Shown here in pieces: positions 26,741 through 39,416 of a stretch of DNA of 64,000 bases. The stretch covers positions 45,818,001 through 45,882,000 of the forward strand of contig CM114271.1 in NCBI GenBank assembly GCA_050084515.1, read 5' to 3'. The notes beneath the pieces were generated by a model. It did not search any database, had not been told where the DNA came from, and was given only the letters and a program-made list of their open reading frames with translations. The translations under genes were made by a program, and so were the position numbers. The DNA comes from Blasia pusilla. Lineage: Eukaryota. Every line of letters begins with the position of its first letter. The stretch's first letter is position 1.

Positions 26741-29700
26741 GCGTCGACTTCGGACTATGTCGTGGGTCTTCCACCCTTGTAATGAGCTCGATGGCTACCG
26801 GGGACGGTAGAGGCATTGGTCAGGGGAGAGAGTAGTATTTTGCATCCTTGGAGTAAATGGGATGTAATGGCTGGGCATGTGGAGTTGGTTGCTCATGCTG
26901 GTGGAGGAGTTATTTGCTCAGATGATGGTGTAGCTAAGGGTGTACCATCTTGTAAGGGGGTTGCGTAGCAGCCAATGGCATCGTCCTCTCCCTCTAGTGT
27001 GCCAGTGGAGGAGACTTGGGAGCCATTACTTGGGCCCAAGCTTATAGGAGGTGAGAAACGACGCTTGACACAGTTCCTACGGGCTTATAGGAGTTGTTTT
27101 GCCTTTAGCATGAAGGAGTTGGGTTCTCTGGTTGGACCCGGTATACGGATTGATTTGGCTAGTGATACCCCAATCTTCCGTTTTCCCTACCGATATAGTG
27201 ATATGGAGAGGGACTTGATTAAGAGTAGGACGTTGGACCTTTTGGAGGCTGGATTAGTGGAGTTGTCGCATGGAGAGTATGCATTAGCCATTGTCATGCC
27301 TGCTAAAAAGGATATGCATAGCAACTACACGGATAGGCGGATGTGTGGAGATTACCGTCCTATCAATCGGCAAACCAAGGCTGATAAGTATGCATGCCTA
27401 CACCGAGGAGATCTTTGATGTGGTGGGACAGAAAAGATTTTCAGTATTTTGGATCTTGAGGGCAGATACCATCAATTTCCGATTCGGGAGAGTGACAAGG
27501 CCAAGACAAGATTTTGGGGTGTCAACTCATGGCAAGGATTGTTTGTACAGTGGAAATTCTTACCCTTTGGGTTGAAGAATGCACTTGCCGAGTTTCAAAG
27601 AGTGATGGACAGGATCCTAGTGTGGTTGGATTTTGTTCGGTGTTACATTGATGATATCTTGGTGTTCAAAGAACACGGTGGAGGAGCATCGATACATTTG
27701 CAGATGGTGTTTGAGCGGTTGAAAGCTCATGGTCTACGTTTGCATCCAAGAAAGTGTAAGTTCTTCCATGAGGATGTTGAGTACTTGGGTCATGAGATCT
27801 ATCCATGTGGTTTGGGAGTTCAGCAAGCAAAGGTGAAGGTAGATGTGAGTAGAGTTTGAGCATTCATGGGATTGGCGAACTACTATCGGAGGTATGTGAA
27901 AGGATTTAGTGCTATGGCAAAGCCTTTGAACCAATTGTTGAAATCAGATCAAGAGTGGCACTGGGGAGATGATCAGGAGAGAGCTTTTGTGGAGCTTAAG
28001 GCCCAGTTGGTGGCCGCGCCTATCTTGAGGAGACCTATCAGAGGGCGCCCATTTTAGTTACACACTGATTGGAGTAGGTTGGGACTTGGAGCGGTGTTGA
28101 CACAACATGATGATGAGCACATGGAGTTTGTGGTGGCCTATGCAAGTCGTTCGAATAATGCAGCAGAGTCGCGCTATAGTTCATATGAGGGAGAGTGCTT
28201 GGCAGTAGTGTGGGCTGTGGCACACTTTAGGTGTTACTTGTTTGGCACCCAGTTTATCCTTGTTACTGATCACCAACCGCTCAAGTGGTTGATGGAGTCG
28301 GACAAGCTTACAGGGAAGCTTGCACAATGGGCTCTTATCTTACAGGAGTATGACTTCCAGGTGGTACATAGAGACTGGAGTTGCCAACCTTGATGCCGAT
28401 GGGTTGAGTAGGAACCCATGTACTAGCCAAGAGGATACAATCGGGGCTAGATGGCATGGCGAGGTTGATGAGGAGATGGTGCCAGTTGGCATGCATCCGC
28501 CTTTTATGTTGGTTAGGGATGGACTCTAGTATGGAGGACCACATGATATCTTACTCTAGTCGAGGGTAGATGGCCACCTTCAGATCTTAAGGTTGAGATG
28601 GTGGTATGGATCAGCGTGATATTCATGATGATGCGTTAGTGTTGGAGTTCCTACGGACCAAGAGGGTGCCAGGCATAGTGAGTGCCAAGGAGCGAGACCG
28701 TGTTCTTCAACGTGCTAAGAGGTATCGATTGAGGGAACCCATATTCTCGCGTGTGGGAGGATGGTAGAGTACGAGTAGTGCCACATTTGGCTCAGAGAGA
28801 GCGCGACAGCGACATGCCCATGAGGAGTTGGGAAATTTTGGGTAAAGCGACGTAAAGCTTACTCCTTGGCCAAGACATTGGTGGCGTGGCATGCATACTC
28901 AGATGCAGCAGCTTGGTGTCACGTTGTATGGTTTGTGACCGGTGAGGGCATCATTTAATGCCCCTACACCACAATTACACCCTTGCCTATTATGGGGTTG
29001 GTTTACCGTTGGAGTGTGGACTTTTGCGGGACGTTACCGTTGATCGACATCATCATCGATATGTGTTGGTGATGGTGGAGCACTTCTCCAAGTGGATTGA
29101 GTTGGTGGCATTACGGGACAAGGCAAGTGAGGGAACGGCGTATGCATTTCTGGATAGAGTGCTTAGTCATTTTGGTGCACCAACCGAAGTCTTGACCGAC
29201 CAGGTCTGAGTTTGTGGTGAGTTTGGTCTTGTGTGACAAGGCGTTGATTGATCATCGGACCACATCTCGAGATCATCCAGAGGCGGATGGTTTGGCTGAG
29301 CGTGTGGTTCGAGGACGGTGAAGAGGGCATTGCGCAAGTATGGCCTCTGAAGGGCATCTTGAGACAGGATGTTCGGTTGCCATGGTTAGCCATGGGGTAT
29401 AGGGTTTAGTCGCCAAGCATCCTTGGCTTCCTTCTCACCTTATTTTTCTGTTATATGGCGAGATCTAGACTTGCCAAAAAGAATTGTCGGGGAGTCTAGT
29501 GAGGTGGTGAACCTTGATGACCCAGAGATGTGGATGAGGGTGTGTTCTCGGCGGAGCTCTTTCGAGAGTTATGCCACAACGGCCTTTGAGAATCTTGCCA
29601 TTGCTCAACACAAGGATACGTTTGCGGTATGCAACCATTCGAGGTGGAGGTTATCGACCATCGATTCAGAGGTTCCATGTGGGGACTATGTCTATTTGCA

Positions 29701-30216
29701 GCAGATTGCACCGACAACGTTGGATGTGACGCGCAGCCGCACTATTTTACGAAGTGCGCGAGGTGTTACCTTCCGGAGTTCTCATGTTGGAGGGTCGTGA
29801 TGGAGTTGTTTGGAAGGACCATGTGCGTAATTGTGCGCCATGTCATCTTCCAAATGTGGATGGTAATGTTGACCCAAGCTTAGCCATGATATTTGCTAGC
29901 TTGAGGTGCATGTTGTGTGGATCACTGGCAACGCCCGTATGTTGGTGTGTGATCGGTGTTCTAGGGGTTGGCACATGATGTGTTTGACTCCACGTATGGA
30001 TGTTGTTCCTAGTGGAAGGTGGGTTTGTCCTCGATGTACTTAAGAGAGGTAGATGACTTGATCTTTGCATGATATGGATTACAGATGTGCGACTAACGAT
30101 GGGGCAACCTAGCACCCGGCCTTCTGATTCGGGCACCCAAGAAGGTGTATAGCATGTAGTAGATGTATAGGGCTACCTGGGAGTTAGAGGGACCTAACCG
30201 CAAATTAGGGGGGCGA

Positions 30217-30783
30217 GTTGTGGTACACTTGTGTTTGTGGATACTCTCGTCTATGTTATGTATGTATGTGAGTATGGTATGTCAGCAATGTATGTTGTAT
30301 GACGATGTGGATTTGCACGACAACTGTCATGACCATACGGATTATGTCGTAGAGTATAGTGTGCTAGTAGAGGCCATTCCTTATGTAGGACCGTAGTGGC
30401 TTGGTAGAGATGCGGTTCCATACATAGGGTTGGGGGTGACTTTCCCAATAGGGCCCGATCTTAGGTTGGAGGATATAAGGTGGAGTGCACTCAAAGAACA
30501 GTCAGTTCTTTGAGTTGAGCCTGTTGCGTTGGGAGTTAGCCTTGGTAGTGAGTAGAGCTCTTGGCTATGGTGTTTCCCGCAAGCTTTGACCTAGATTCTT
30601 CCATCGTGGAGTGGGTTTGGCTCGATTGTATGTGATTGTATACGTGTTTTATGACAGTAGGTCTTTCACGGATTTCAGTTGTGGTACACTTGTGTTTGTG
30701 GATACTCTCGTCTATGTTATGTATGTATGTGAGTATGGTATGTCAGCGATGTATGTTGTATGACGATGTGGATTCGCACGACA
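30217..30783 (+). repeat. 3' terminal block of Gypsy copy 1: B1 (30217-30322), AC spacer, A2 (30325-30677), B2 (30678-30783)
   Basis: B1 and B2 are 106-bp direct repeats with 2 differences seen; A2 repeats A1. Confidence 0.95.
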
Positions 30784-33679
30784 GACATGTATAAACCCTA
30801 TCTTATCTTAAAATCTTTGGTGGAAGGAAGACTAATAAAAAAGACCCTATTGTTCTTATAAGAGTTTGATGGAATAAATTATGCCCTATTGTTCTTCCAC
30901 AAAACTTAATAAGTCTTCCGAGGGACGCAATTAAAAAACCCCTAACTTTTTCGCACGTGATGGGGCATTTGTGTGGAAGTGAGACCCCCGAGGACCCTCA
31001 AAACCAAATGAACACCAAATATGTGCCAAACGGAACATCAAAAATCTAGTGGACTCACACTACGATAATCGCGTTTTGGAGAGGCTTTTGGAAAGGTCTC
31101 TTGGTAAAGTCCAAAAGACGAAACGCGGAATAGAGTTGTGCATTTCATGTGTTTGTGGTTGCAACCAGGAAACTTGGACCAAACGTGAACCAAGACTTGA
31201 GATGAGTTGAGTCTTGGAAGGTTGGTTGCCATAGAGGTGAGAATCAATTTTCGAACACGACTAGTGTTTGGGGATTTTGATTGCGTTTTGGACCATAAAA
31301 TTTAGTCCCAAGATGTATTCGGAACAAATAAATACGCGTTGGAAAGCTTATATTGAGACGCTTCCAACACACCAAAAACCTCATCAAACGCATAAGTACA
31401 AGCTGAGATATCGGCCAAAAACAATTGTGAGAGCAATCGGGTTGAGGGCCAATCTGGGGGGGCCCAACTGTCTTTCCCTAAAGTTAGGGGGAGGGCGGGG
31501 ATCCCCAGAAGTACTAGTACTGGGAGTCTCTCCAAGGATTCTTGGAACACGAACCCCACTTTGAGCACCAAACGGCGTCTGAAGGGCACGGGATGGAACG
31601 GGAGTTTGGCGTTAGAACTCGAAACCCAAACTTGATGCAAGGGAGTGGACTTCGTAAGCCACACTTGGATTCCAACCCGCGATTCATTTTTGTGACTTGC
31701 GAGTAGGGACTCATTGGATGTCCATTGGACAATTGGAACCGCCAAGCATTCAAACTCCATTTGAGGTTCCTCAACTGACATAAATTTTGTCCCAAGTCTT
31801 CAAAGACTTGCATGTGTTGTAAACCGCGAAATTAGGAAGGTTGAGCTTGATGAGAGGCCGAGTCAAGAACTCGGCAAGTTAGAACCGCTGATTGATCCAG
31901 ACCTGACTAATGTGAGTGCGTGTTTGGATGCAGATCAACGTTGAGAGCGTGTCCTACTAAATGCATGCTTCCGCAACAACGAAGATTAACGTTCAAGGAG
32001 AATAGACCCACAACATAAGGTGACTTGGCAAAAAAAATCATTTTTTTGTCCTAGTCTTTGATGGGTTTAACTAAAGACTTCCTTGGACTGTAGGAACTTT
32101 TCCACTTTTTCCAATGTGAATTTATTTGTTGAACTTCAAGTTTGTTATTATCTTCTACTTATTGGTGATGGTAGTTGATGTTACTTGATCTACACTTGAA
32201 TATCATCATATGTCAATAAATGATACTTGAAGAAACTAATTATTGGTGTTGATAATTGATATATCTCTTCATTTGAATATCACCTTGCAATCAACAAGCT
32301 TAATTATATTAAAGAGGTAAGACTCTTAACGCAAGACTCTAGATATGAAATTTGCCTCAAAACTCTTTTATTGAAATGAAAATATGCAATAAAGTTTTTG
32401 ATCCAACTTGCTTGTTCATACTAGACTATGGTAGTAAATGTGATTGTATTGTCATGTTTTCCACAAAGCCTTCACCAAAGGCTGAAAAATTAACCTTAAC
32501 GTACCATACATCAAAAGTGGACCCTCGCCGAAGTCCTTAAAAAGTACCTCCCTCCCAAGCTGTAAATGGAGCTCTTCTATATAGATATTTGGCTAACAAA
32601 ATTTTCAGGAGCATTAAAACAAGGATGCTAAAATTGGCTAGTAAAGCTTGCCCCAACAAACTTAAGTATTCACAACTAAAAAATTTACATCATAATTTTT
32701 TTCAAGAAGGGAAATGATCAATAAATTCCTACATGTAAATATTCATAAAATAATAATTGCTCTCACTAGTGATATCATGTTACAAAAATTATACCCTCAT
32801 TCTCGAGTGAAATTAGGTGCCTATTAGGTACTCATGCAATGCATGAGAGAGGTACACGTAACTAGCCCCCAATCTATCCCCACGGCTCTAATTGACCCCA
32901 GATTTACCCGACAAACTCCGAACCGACCCCTAACTTGATTGACGTCATAATTGACTCTAAATCACCAAGAACACATGTTAAACGTGAGTGGGTAAAAATA
33001 TGAGATGTCAACGGGAGAAGAGTTTTGGAAAATTAAAGGGAACTTTGCAATAATAATATAGATCATATGTCAAGAATATTGTAATTTCCTTCTTACGGAG
33101 CTTAGAGGAAAACCATTGTCCTCGGATCCCATGGACCTCAACCCTTCGGGCTCATGGTTAGAACAACCATACCGACATTGAGACACTGCATGTGGAATTC
33201 CACTTCACATTCAAATGGGTCTCTTCCCCTCATGCCATCATTTTCCCTGTCGGTTTCTCGATAAAGCGTAACTAGAAAGAGGAGGTATAAGGACTTGCAC
33301 CATGCCTCCTCAGGTCCCATTTGATGCGCGTAGAAAAAAAAATAGACCATAGGGTCAGACGTCAAAATCCCTAATTTCTATATGATCAAATTCGGTCCTC
33401 GAATGCGGAGTGCCCGGGAGGTGGCTGCACACACTCTAAACTCCAGAATCTAATAATATTAAACTTTCTTTTATGTAAATAGAAGTCATCCATATTCAAA
33501 CACTAGAGGACTATTCAAATTTTAAAAAGCCCTCTTCCTCCTTTCCCTTCTTCATTTAATTGTGTCCTCTTACTTGAACTCCTCTTCTTAAAGTGATATG
33601 TGTCAAAACCAAAAGAACTCTTAGAAGACATGTGTCGACGCATGAAGTTTCTTTTAACTCATCTTCTTTTAATTTTTTA

Positions 33680-33787
33680 TATACTAGTTAGAGAAATAAA
33701 AAATAAAAAACTCTCTTTATTTGACACGTGTCAATTTTTTTTCCAAAAATTACTTATATTATTATTTAACGGGTCCTAACTAGTATA
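33680..33787. repeat. Short foldback/MITE-like segment upstream of SMO1
   Basis: 12-bp perfect inverted repeat TATACTAGTTAG / CTAACTAGTATA with an internal palindrome TTGACACGTGTCAA. Confidence 0.45.
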
Positions 33788-34436
33788 CAGACACACAGAT
33801 AGATAGGAAGAATTTGAGTCCGCTATATCAGACGCTATAATTCGTCTCCATAATGGTTCGTAACTCGCTTCCTCGCGTCTGCCGTAGCTCCGGTCGCCGT
33901 TGCAACCGCTGCTGTTTCCTTCTCATCGACTTTCCCTGGTCCGTCTCGTCTCCACGTCGCGGTTCCGTTCGAGCGTTGGCAGAGCCTTTGCGGATCCGTT
34001 CTGACTGCGGGCCCTGACTGCGGGCCCTGACCGTGGGCAGTAACGTCCGTCAGCACTGTGTCCGGCGCCGGGAAGGACGTACACGGCGAATGCAAGCGGC
34101 GGGGACGGGTCACCGGTCCCCGCTGTGCTTTGTAGCGGTCGCGTCGGCATCCGCTCCTCGCGTCTTTCGCGACTGCCCGCCCGCGCGCGCGCGGGGCCCC
34201 CGCGCCCGCCTGCCCGTGCGCTTGCAGCGCCTTCTGTAAGTGTGGCGCGGCTGCGTTTTGTTGGAGGTGAGAATGCAGAGGGGAATTGCAACGAGTGAAG
34301 GGAATGAATGGTGTGAGATCGGAGTGGACAGAACGGGAGGAGGAGGAGGAGGAGGAGGAGGGCTGAATTTTCGAATGCGGGTGATTGGGGTGGAGAAGAG
34401 AGAGGAGGAGGAAGGGGAGGAGAGAAATTGGGAGAG

Positions 34437-37400
34437 ATGATAGAGTATGGGAGCGTAGCGGAGGCGGAGGAAGCCTTGGGGCGGGCGTTGAGCAGTTGGG
34501 AGGTGAGATGGTTCAGTTGGACTGCAGATGTCGGTGATTTCCACCTGTACTGCATGAACATCTTGTTTCTTATGATAGTGTACAATGTCGGTCCGTTGCC
34601 CGCGTTTCTCCTGGATGTCTACAAAGTAAGTGCCTTCGAGAAGTATAAGCTCCAACCTGGAGTCTATAACACCAAGTCGGCTGTGATTCAATGCTACAAA
34701 GCGACGACGATCCTCTTCTTCACCGTTGTCGGGCCTTTACAAGTACTCTCATATCCCGTAATTAAGGTGCTCTCTCTCTCTCAAATTGTCACCAGATCTG
34801 TTCGTCAAATTCACTGGCCTAGATTCTCAGCTCGAAGCCGTTGCTCTGGTATATTGTCTCTTTTGGGTAGTCCGATCCGGTGAGGTAGATAGTGTTATAG
34901 AGATCTTCTTAGTTATTGGCTACAAGCTCCGCATCAAGATTGTGAATTGTAACTTCTAGTACTGCACGAGTTAGTGTAATTTGCCTCAATGTAGTACTTT
35001 CTTTAGTTGTCCCTCCCTCTCCACCCATACAATTGGGATCAATGATGGCAAGGCTCCAACGGCCATCTCTCTCTCTCTCTCTCAGTGTCGTCAAGCACCG
35101 TCCAACCAGGGCGCGGGGTCTATGGTCGCAAGGCTACGACAGGCACTACTTAATGAGTACAGTCTCTCAGTGTCGGAAAGAGCTTCTTGGTTGGGAGTTG
35201 GAAGCCCCGCACCATCACTTTGTATGGTCAGCACTATGTGAGTGTCTCCCGCCTCTCAGACAGGCTCTACTTAATGGGTACAGTCTCCTCATGTCATAAA
35301 CAAAGACTGTCCAATCTGAAATAAACAATGACTTTCCAATCTGAAGGTAGAGCTGTGTCGGTCGGAGGAAACAACAAAATAAGCACAACATTCTGAGATT
35401 ACTAGACACAGCAGAAAAATCTTGCCAGGACCAACAGGGGCCCAAAACAAAGGATTTCACTTGAGAAGTAGAATTAGTGTTTGAAACTGAGAGTAAACGC
35501 TATTACAGCAACACTAGACATGTTTCTGATCAAGGGTGGGTCGTACTTAAATGCGTCATCCCGTGATGCAGTACAGATGATTGGAATACATTCAGGCGTA
35601 CCGCTTCCATCTCTCCAAACTGTACTTTTGCAGTTGGCAGTCTACTTCATCGTTGAGGACTACTCCAATTATTGGCTTCACAGATGGCTTCACTCAAAGT
35701 GGGGCTACGATAATATTCACTATGTGCATCATGAATTCACAGCACCAACGAGCTTCACGGCTGCATACTCTCATGTTGGTGAAATGCTTATACTAGGCAT
35801 TCCTACTTTCCTGGGTCCAGCCCTTGTACCTGGACATATGATCACTCTTTGGATTTGGGTAGCCCTCAGGCAGCTGGAAGCAATCGACACCCACAGCGGG
35901 TATGTTGATGAATCTCAGAATCCAGTGACTTGTTGAGAAATCCTACTAGTACATAGCCTTACTTTTTCTTGGAAATCTTGATCCCATGGCTTTTGAGAGC
36001 TATTGTGAGAACATTGTCAGGTTACTTGGAAAGAAGTGTGTGTGCATGTGGGATCTGCCTTCTTTAAAATGAAGAATCTCAATTCTTCTACTGTTATTGT
36101 TAACTCTGATCGCCTTTTCTTTCCGATCATCGTCTTGGGTTCCCATGGACAAAAATCCAATGTTCCATGTTTCTTATTTATTTTTTCAAAAGTTTCTCTG
36201 ATATGAAGTCCTTCGTGTGATCTGTCTGTATTGTGGGTATTCAGGTACGATTTTCCATTCAGCTGGACAAAATTGATTCCCTTGTATGGAGGTGCAGAGT
36301 ACCATGACTACCATCACCAAATTGGTGGTAAAAGTCAAAGCAACTTTGCGTCGGTTTTCACGTACTGCGACTGGCTATATGGCACAGATAAGGTTGGATA
36401 GAGCTTTGGTGGAAATCATGGAAAACTATTGAAGCAATAGTGTAGCATGCTTGTTTCCCTGCTGGCTGATTGCATACATCTCGAGAGGAGGCTAGAGGAT
36501 GAGAGGGAACACCTTCAGTTCATGCCATCTTTAGACACCTATTTATACCACATATTTAGTGGGTCTAGCACCCTACTTACAAATTTTACGAGATATGCTC
36601 CATGCAGCCCTCTAGAACTCCAATGTACAAGATCTATAATGCATGCCATAATATGTACAAAAGTACTGAAGAATCTAAGTTTCGGTTTTGTCCACTACAA
36701 AACCAAAACGTAGATTGTAGTTGACAGGAACCAGAAACCCCTAAAAGTGTTGTGGAAGTTTGTGGGCTTGTTCTCCTTTGATTGAAGCTCTTGTTTTATG
36801 TGTGACTGACGTCTAGAATCTCATGGTTTTTGAACTTGCAGGGGTACAGGTATTATAAGGATGCAATAAGAAAGGTCAGTCCCTCTCTTTCTGAACTTTT
36901 CTCAGAAAAATAATCATTTTGCACGTTATATCCCAACACTCTCACCGAAGGTGTCAAAGTTGGAATTCAGCTTCTTGCCCAAAGAAGTCTTCCACACTCA
37001 TGAGAAAAAATGAAAGCAGGGGTACGGCTTAGCTGTGGAGCAGCATGAATGGTCATGATGTACTAAGATGCCTTTTAAGTGGGAGGTTAGGAAGAAAGCT
37101 GAGTTCTTAGTAATGTTGAATCTCAATTTCCAAGCTTTATTGCCGTTTTCAAATTGTGCATGTTGATCTTCTCTTCAGCTAATGCAAAGTATATTCGACT
37201 ATCTCATCTCCGTTGTCATAAGATGGTCATGTTTCAGTTGACGAATTAGTTACAGATGGGGATCTTAATCCCTGAGTTGTCTGAGAAACTAATCATGTAC
37301 ATTCACTTTTGTGGGAGAAGGCATTCATGATCCAATCTGCTCGTCACGAAGGTGTTCCTTTTTGAGAGCCTGCATTTGACCTGAGGACAACTATTCAGTG

Positions 37401-37570
37401 GCATTCTCAATACCTCTGTCCAAAGAAATTATGTCCCCCAACTTTACTTTCAGCAAGATATGGTCTAACTTTGTGTGAATGTGGGAAAAACTCTGTAGAT
37501 GCGGACGGAAAATGTCGATGGGACAAATGTCTCATCCAGGAATGATTTCGCAAAGAACAAGGTGGCGTGA
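34437..37570 (+). CDS. SMO1: Sterol 4-alpha-methyl oxidase, SMO1 type, 5 exons: 34437-34766, 35577-35899, 36245-36392, 36842-36874, 37499-37570; 301 aa
   Basis: N-terminus MIEYGSVAEAEEALGR; His boxes HRWLH, HYVHH, HDYHH; GT-AG introns in phase. The last exon is less certain but ends KNKVA*, a KxKxx ER-retrieval signal. Confidence 0.93.
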
Positions 37571-39416
37571 GAACCCATTGTTTGCTACATATTTGACAAG
37601 TCTTTTGGACAATTTAATGTTTAGTTATATCACTGCAAGGAGCCTGGAGCCATGCAAGTGCAGTGATTTTTGGGATTATTGCGATGAACCTATTCATTTC
37701 ATCTTCTATCAAATGTCTGAGCCTTATCTGTAAGAGTCAGCTGTGGTACCAAGATTGAGGGATGTGGGGTGAACTATGAAGGGATATTGCCGTGAGTTGC
37801 CTAGACAGGATCTCACGTTATGTTTGCTCCACAACTACATTCAAATAGTTGTCTTTAGATGTGTCAAGGGAAGTTGAAAGCAAGTGTTGATCAGGATGCT
37901 TATGGTGGAGAGGCAATGTCATTTGCTTAGATTGGTTTAGGACGTGGAAGTATGCCTCCATTAACCGGTGAAAGAGATTTAGATTCAAGTGACAGCCGCA
38001 CCTGTGACAGAGCCCACTCTAGCTTATTTGATCCGGATCTATGTGGAGAGAAGAGAGACTGGACCTACGTTCATGAAGCAACTGCTGATGAAGCAACTTA
38101 GAAAACGTGCTGAGGAGATCATGGCTCTGTTTCAAAGAATTTCATTTATTATGAATCTGTCAATTTTTTTTGTTGCCCACTAGTAAGCTTACTCATTCTG
38201 ATGGGCATGAAGTCAAATCCTTCTTGGATTGGGACTACTTGTTCACAAATTTGAAGAGTAAGATTCCATAGATTATTGCAGTGTTCTATGTTTTTTCCCA
38301 CGTTTCTATTTTTATCCTTAAATTTGGTAAAGATGGACATTTCCTTTTCAGGCACTCAGGGATATAGATTCTTGCATTGAGATTCTCATGTATGCAATGT
38401 GTTTCTATTTATGTAGTGTTTTCATGCATATGTTGGAGATGGATATGTATGATGCACCAAAAAGAATCATGCGTATCTTGTAGTGCCAACCTTGATATAA
38501 CCAAACGCTCCTTGACTATTCCAAGGCATTAGACCCGTCCGTATCCTATAACAATGGGAACATTATCCTACATAAAAGATACTATTTGAAGAATCTTAGA
38601 TATTGCGGTCATTTTACTTAACATTTGAAATTTTTGTTGTGTATTCCTTCTTGGGTACAACGCTCATCCCTTAAACCTTGTTATGTACTAGTTTTGCATC
38701 ACAGTGTCCATTTGTCATGAACTAGTCAGTTCATGTAATGGCTAGCATGTTAGAACATGTATATCTAACATGCGAACCATTACACAAAAAATGTTCATCT
38801 CATGCTAAGCTTCTCATGAAATGAACATTATGTGGGCCATGAAGACCCTTGGGTCATCTCCTAGATGGATCATGGAGACCCTAAGGGTTATGCCCATCTA
38901 CGAGTAATTTGTATGTGTAGCTCATGCTATTTTGAATTTGTGGAGGAATTAATCAAAATTCCTTGACCTATTTTGGAGATACGGATGATGTAGGTGCATT
39001 ATTACTTTATAAGCTTTAGGGAAAATCTATGGTACAAATTATTACAAGTGAATAATGGAGAAGTAGTTTTTTCTAGGATCAAGTTTTTTCTAGTTCTTAC
39101 TTTGAAAAAATGATACCATTAAAGAACTCATGATCTAAATTATCATAAGTTAATGCAATTTTTAAAAAATATGGGAAGAGTCTTATACCATTGATAAACA
39201 TGGTTGAAAGTTGAGAATTCTTTCATTCCCTTTAGAGAGTCTCTTTATCAAGGATTTTGACTCTATGATCATTTCCCTTTCTTTCGAATAACTTACAAGG
39301 TAAATGATAAATGTGTTTGTAACCCATGCTTCTTCCTTCGCAAATACATATTATGGAGCAGTGTCCCTGAATCACTCTTGCCTATGTAGAAGTACACATA
39401 AAGTTGCGGTTAGGTT

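Larger units (their letters stand above)
21224..30783 (+). mobile_element. Ty3/Gypsy retrotransposon, copy 1: gag-PR-DNMT-RT-RH-INT-PHD with split direct repeats; coding region decayed
   Basis: Starts TGTC and ends GACA; 4-bp TSD GACA at 21220-21223 and 30784-30787. gag from ~23094 with CCHC knuckles; protease VLLDS (~25200); RT LPFGLKN/YIDD; RNase H VVAYASR/YEGECLAVV/VTDHQPL; integrase VEHFSKW/LTDQ; PHD at ~29905-30040; PPT at 30204-30216. Confidence 0.93.

Noticed and set aside
21224-30783. DIRS/Ngaro classification suggested by split direct repeats and a methyltransferase
   Set aside because: No tyrosine recombinase seen. The element has a protease, an HHCC/DDE integrase, TG...CA ends, a PPT and a TSD, and the MTase is C5-type (PCQ/ENV) and lies upstream of RT.
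30790-32000. Repeat-like DNA with ORFs 31302-31781 and 31514-31813, faintly similar to 47500-48800 in reverse
   Set aside because: No recognisable domain and the similarity is too weak to support without an alignment; probably old LTR-element non-coding DNA.
33835-34691. Long antisense ORFs over the SMO1 leader
   Set aside because: GC-rich, low-complexity shadow frames of the SMO1 5' region.
35137-35296. ~38-bp imperfect duplication in SMO1 intron 1 (similar small duplications at 18961-19010 and 20870-21000)
   Set aside because: Ordinary local duplications with no further structure.
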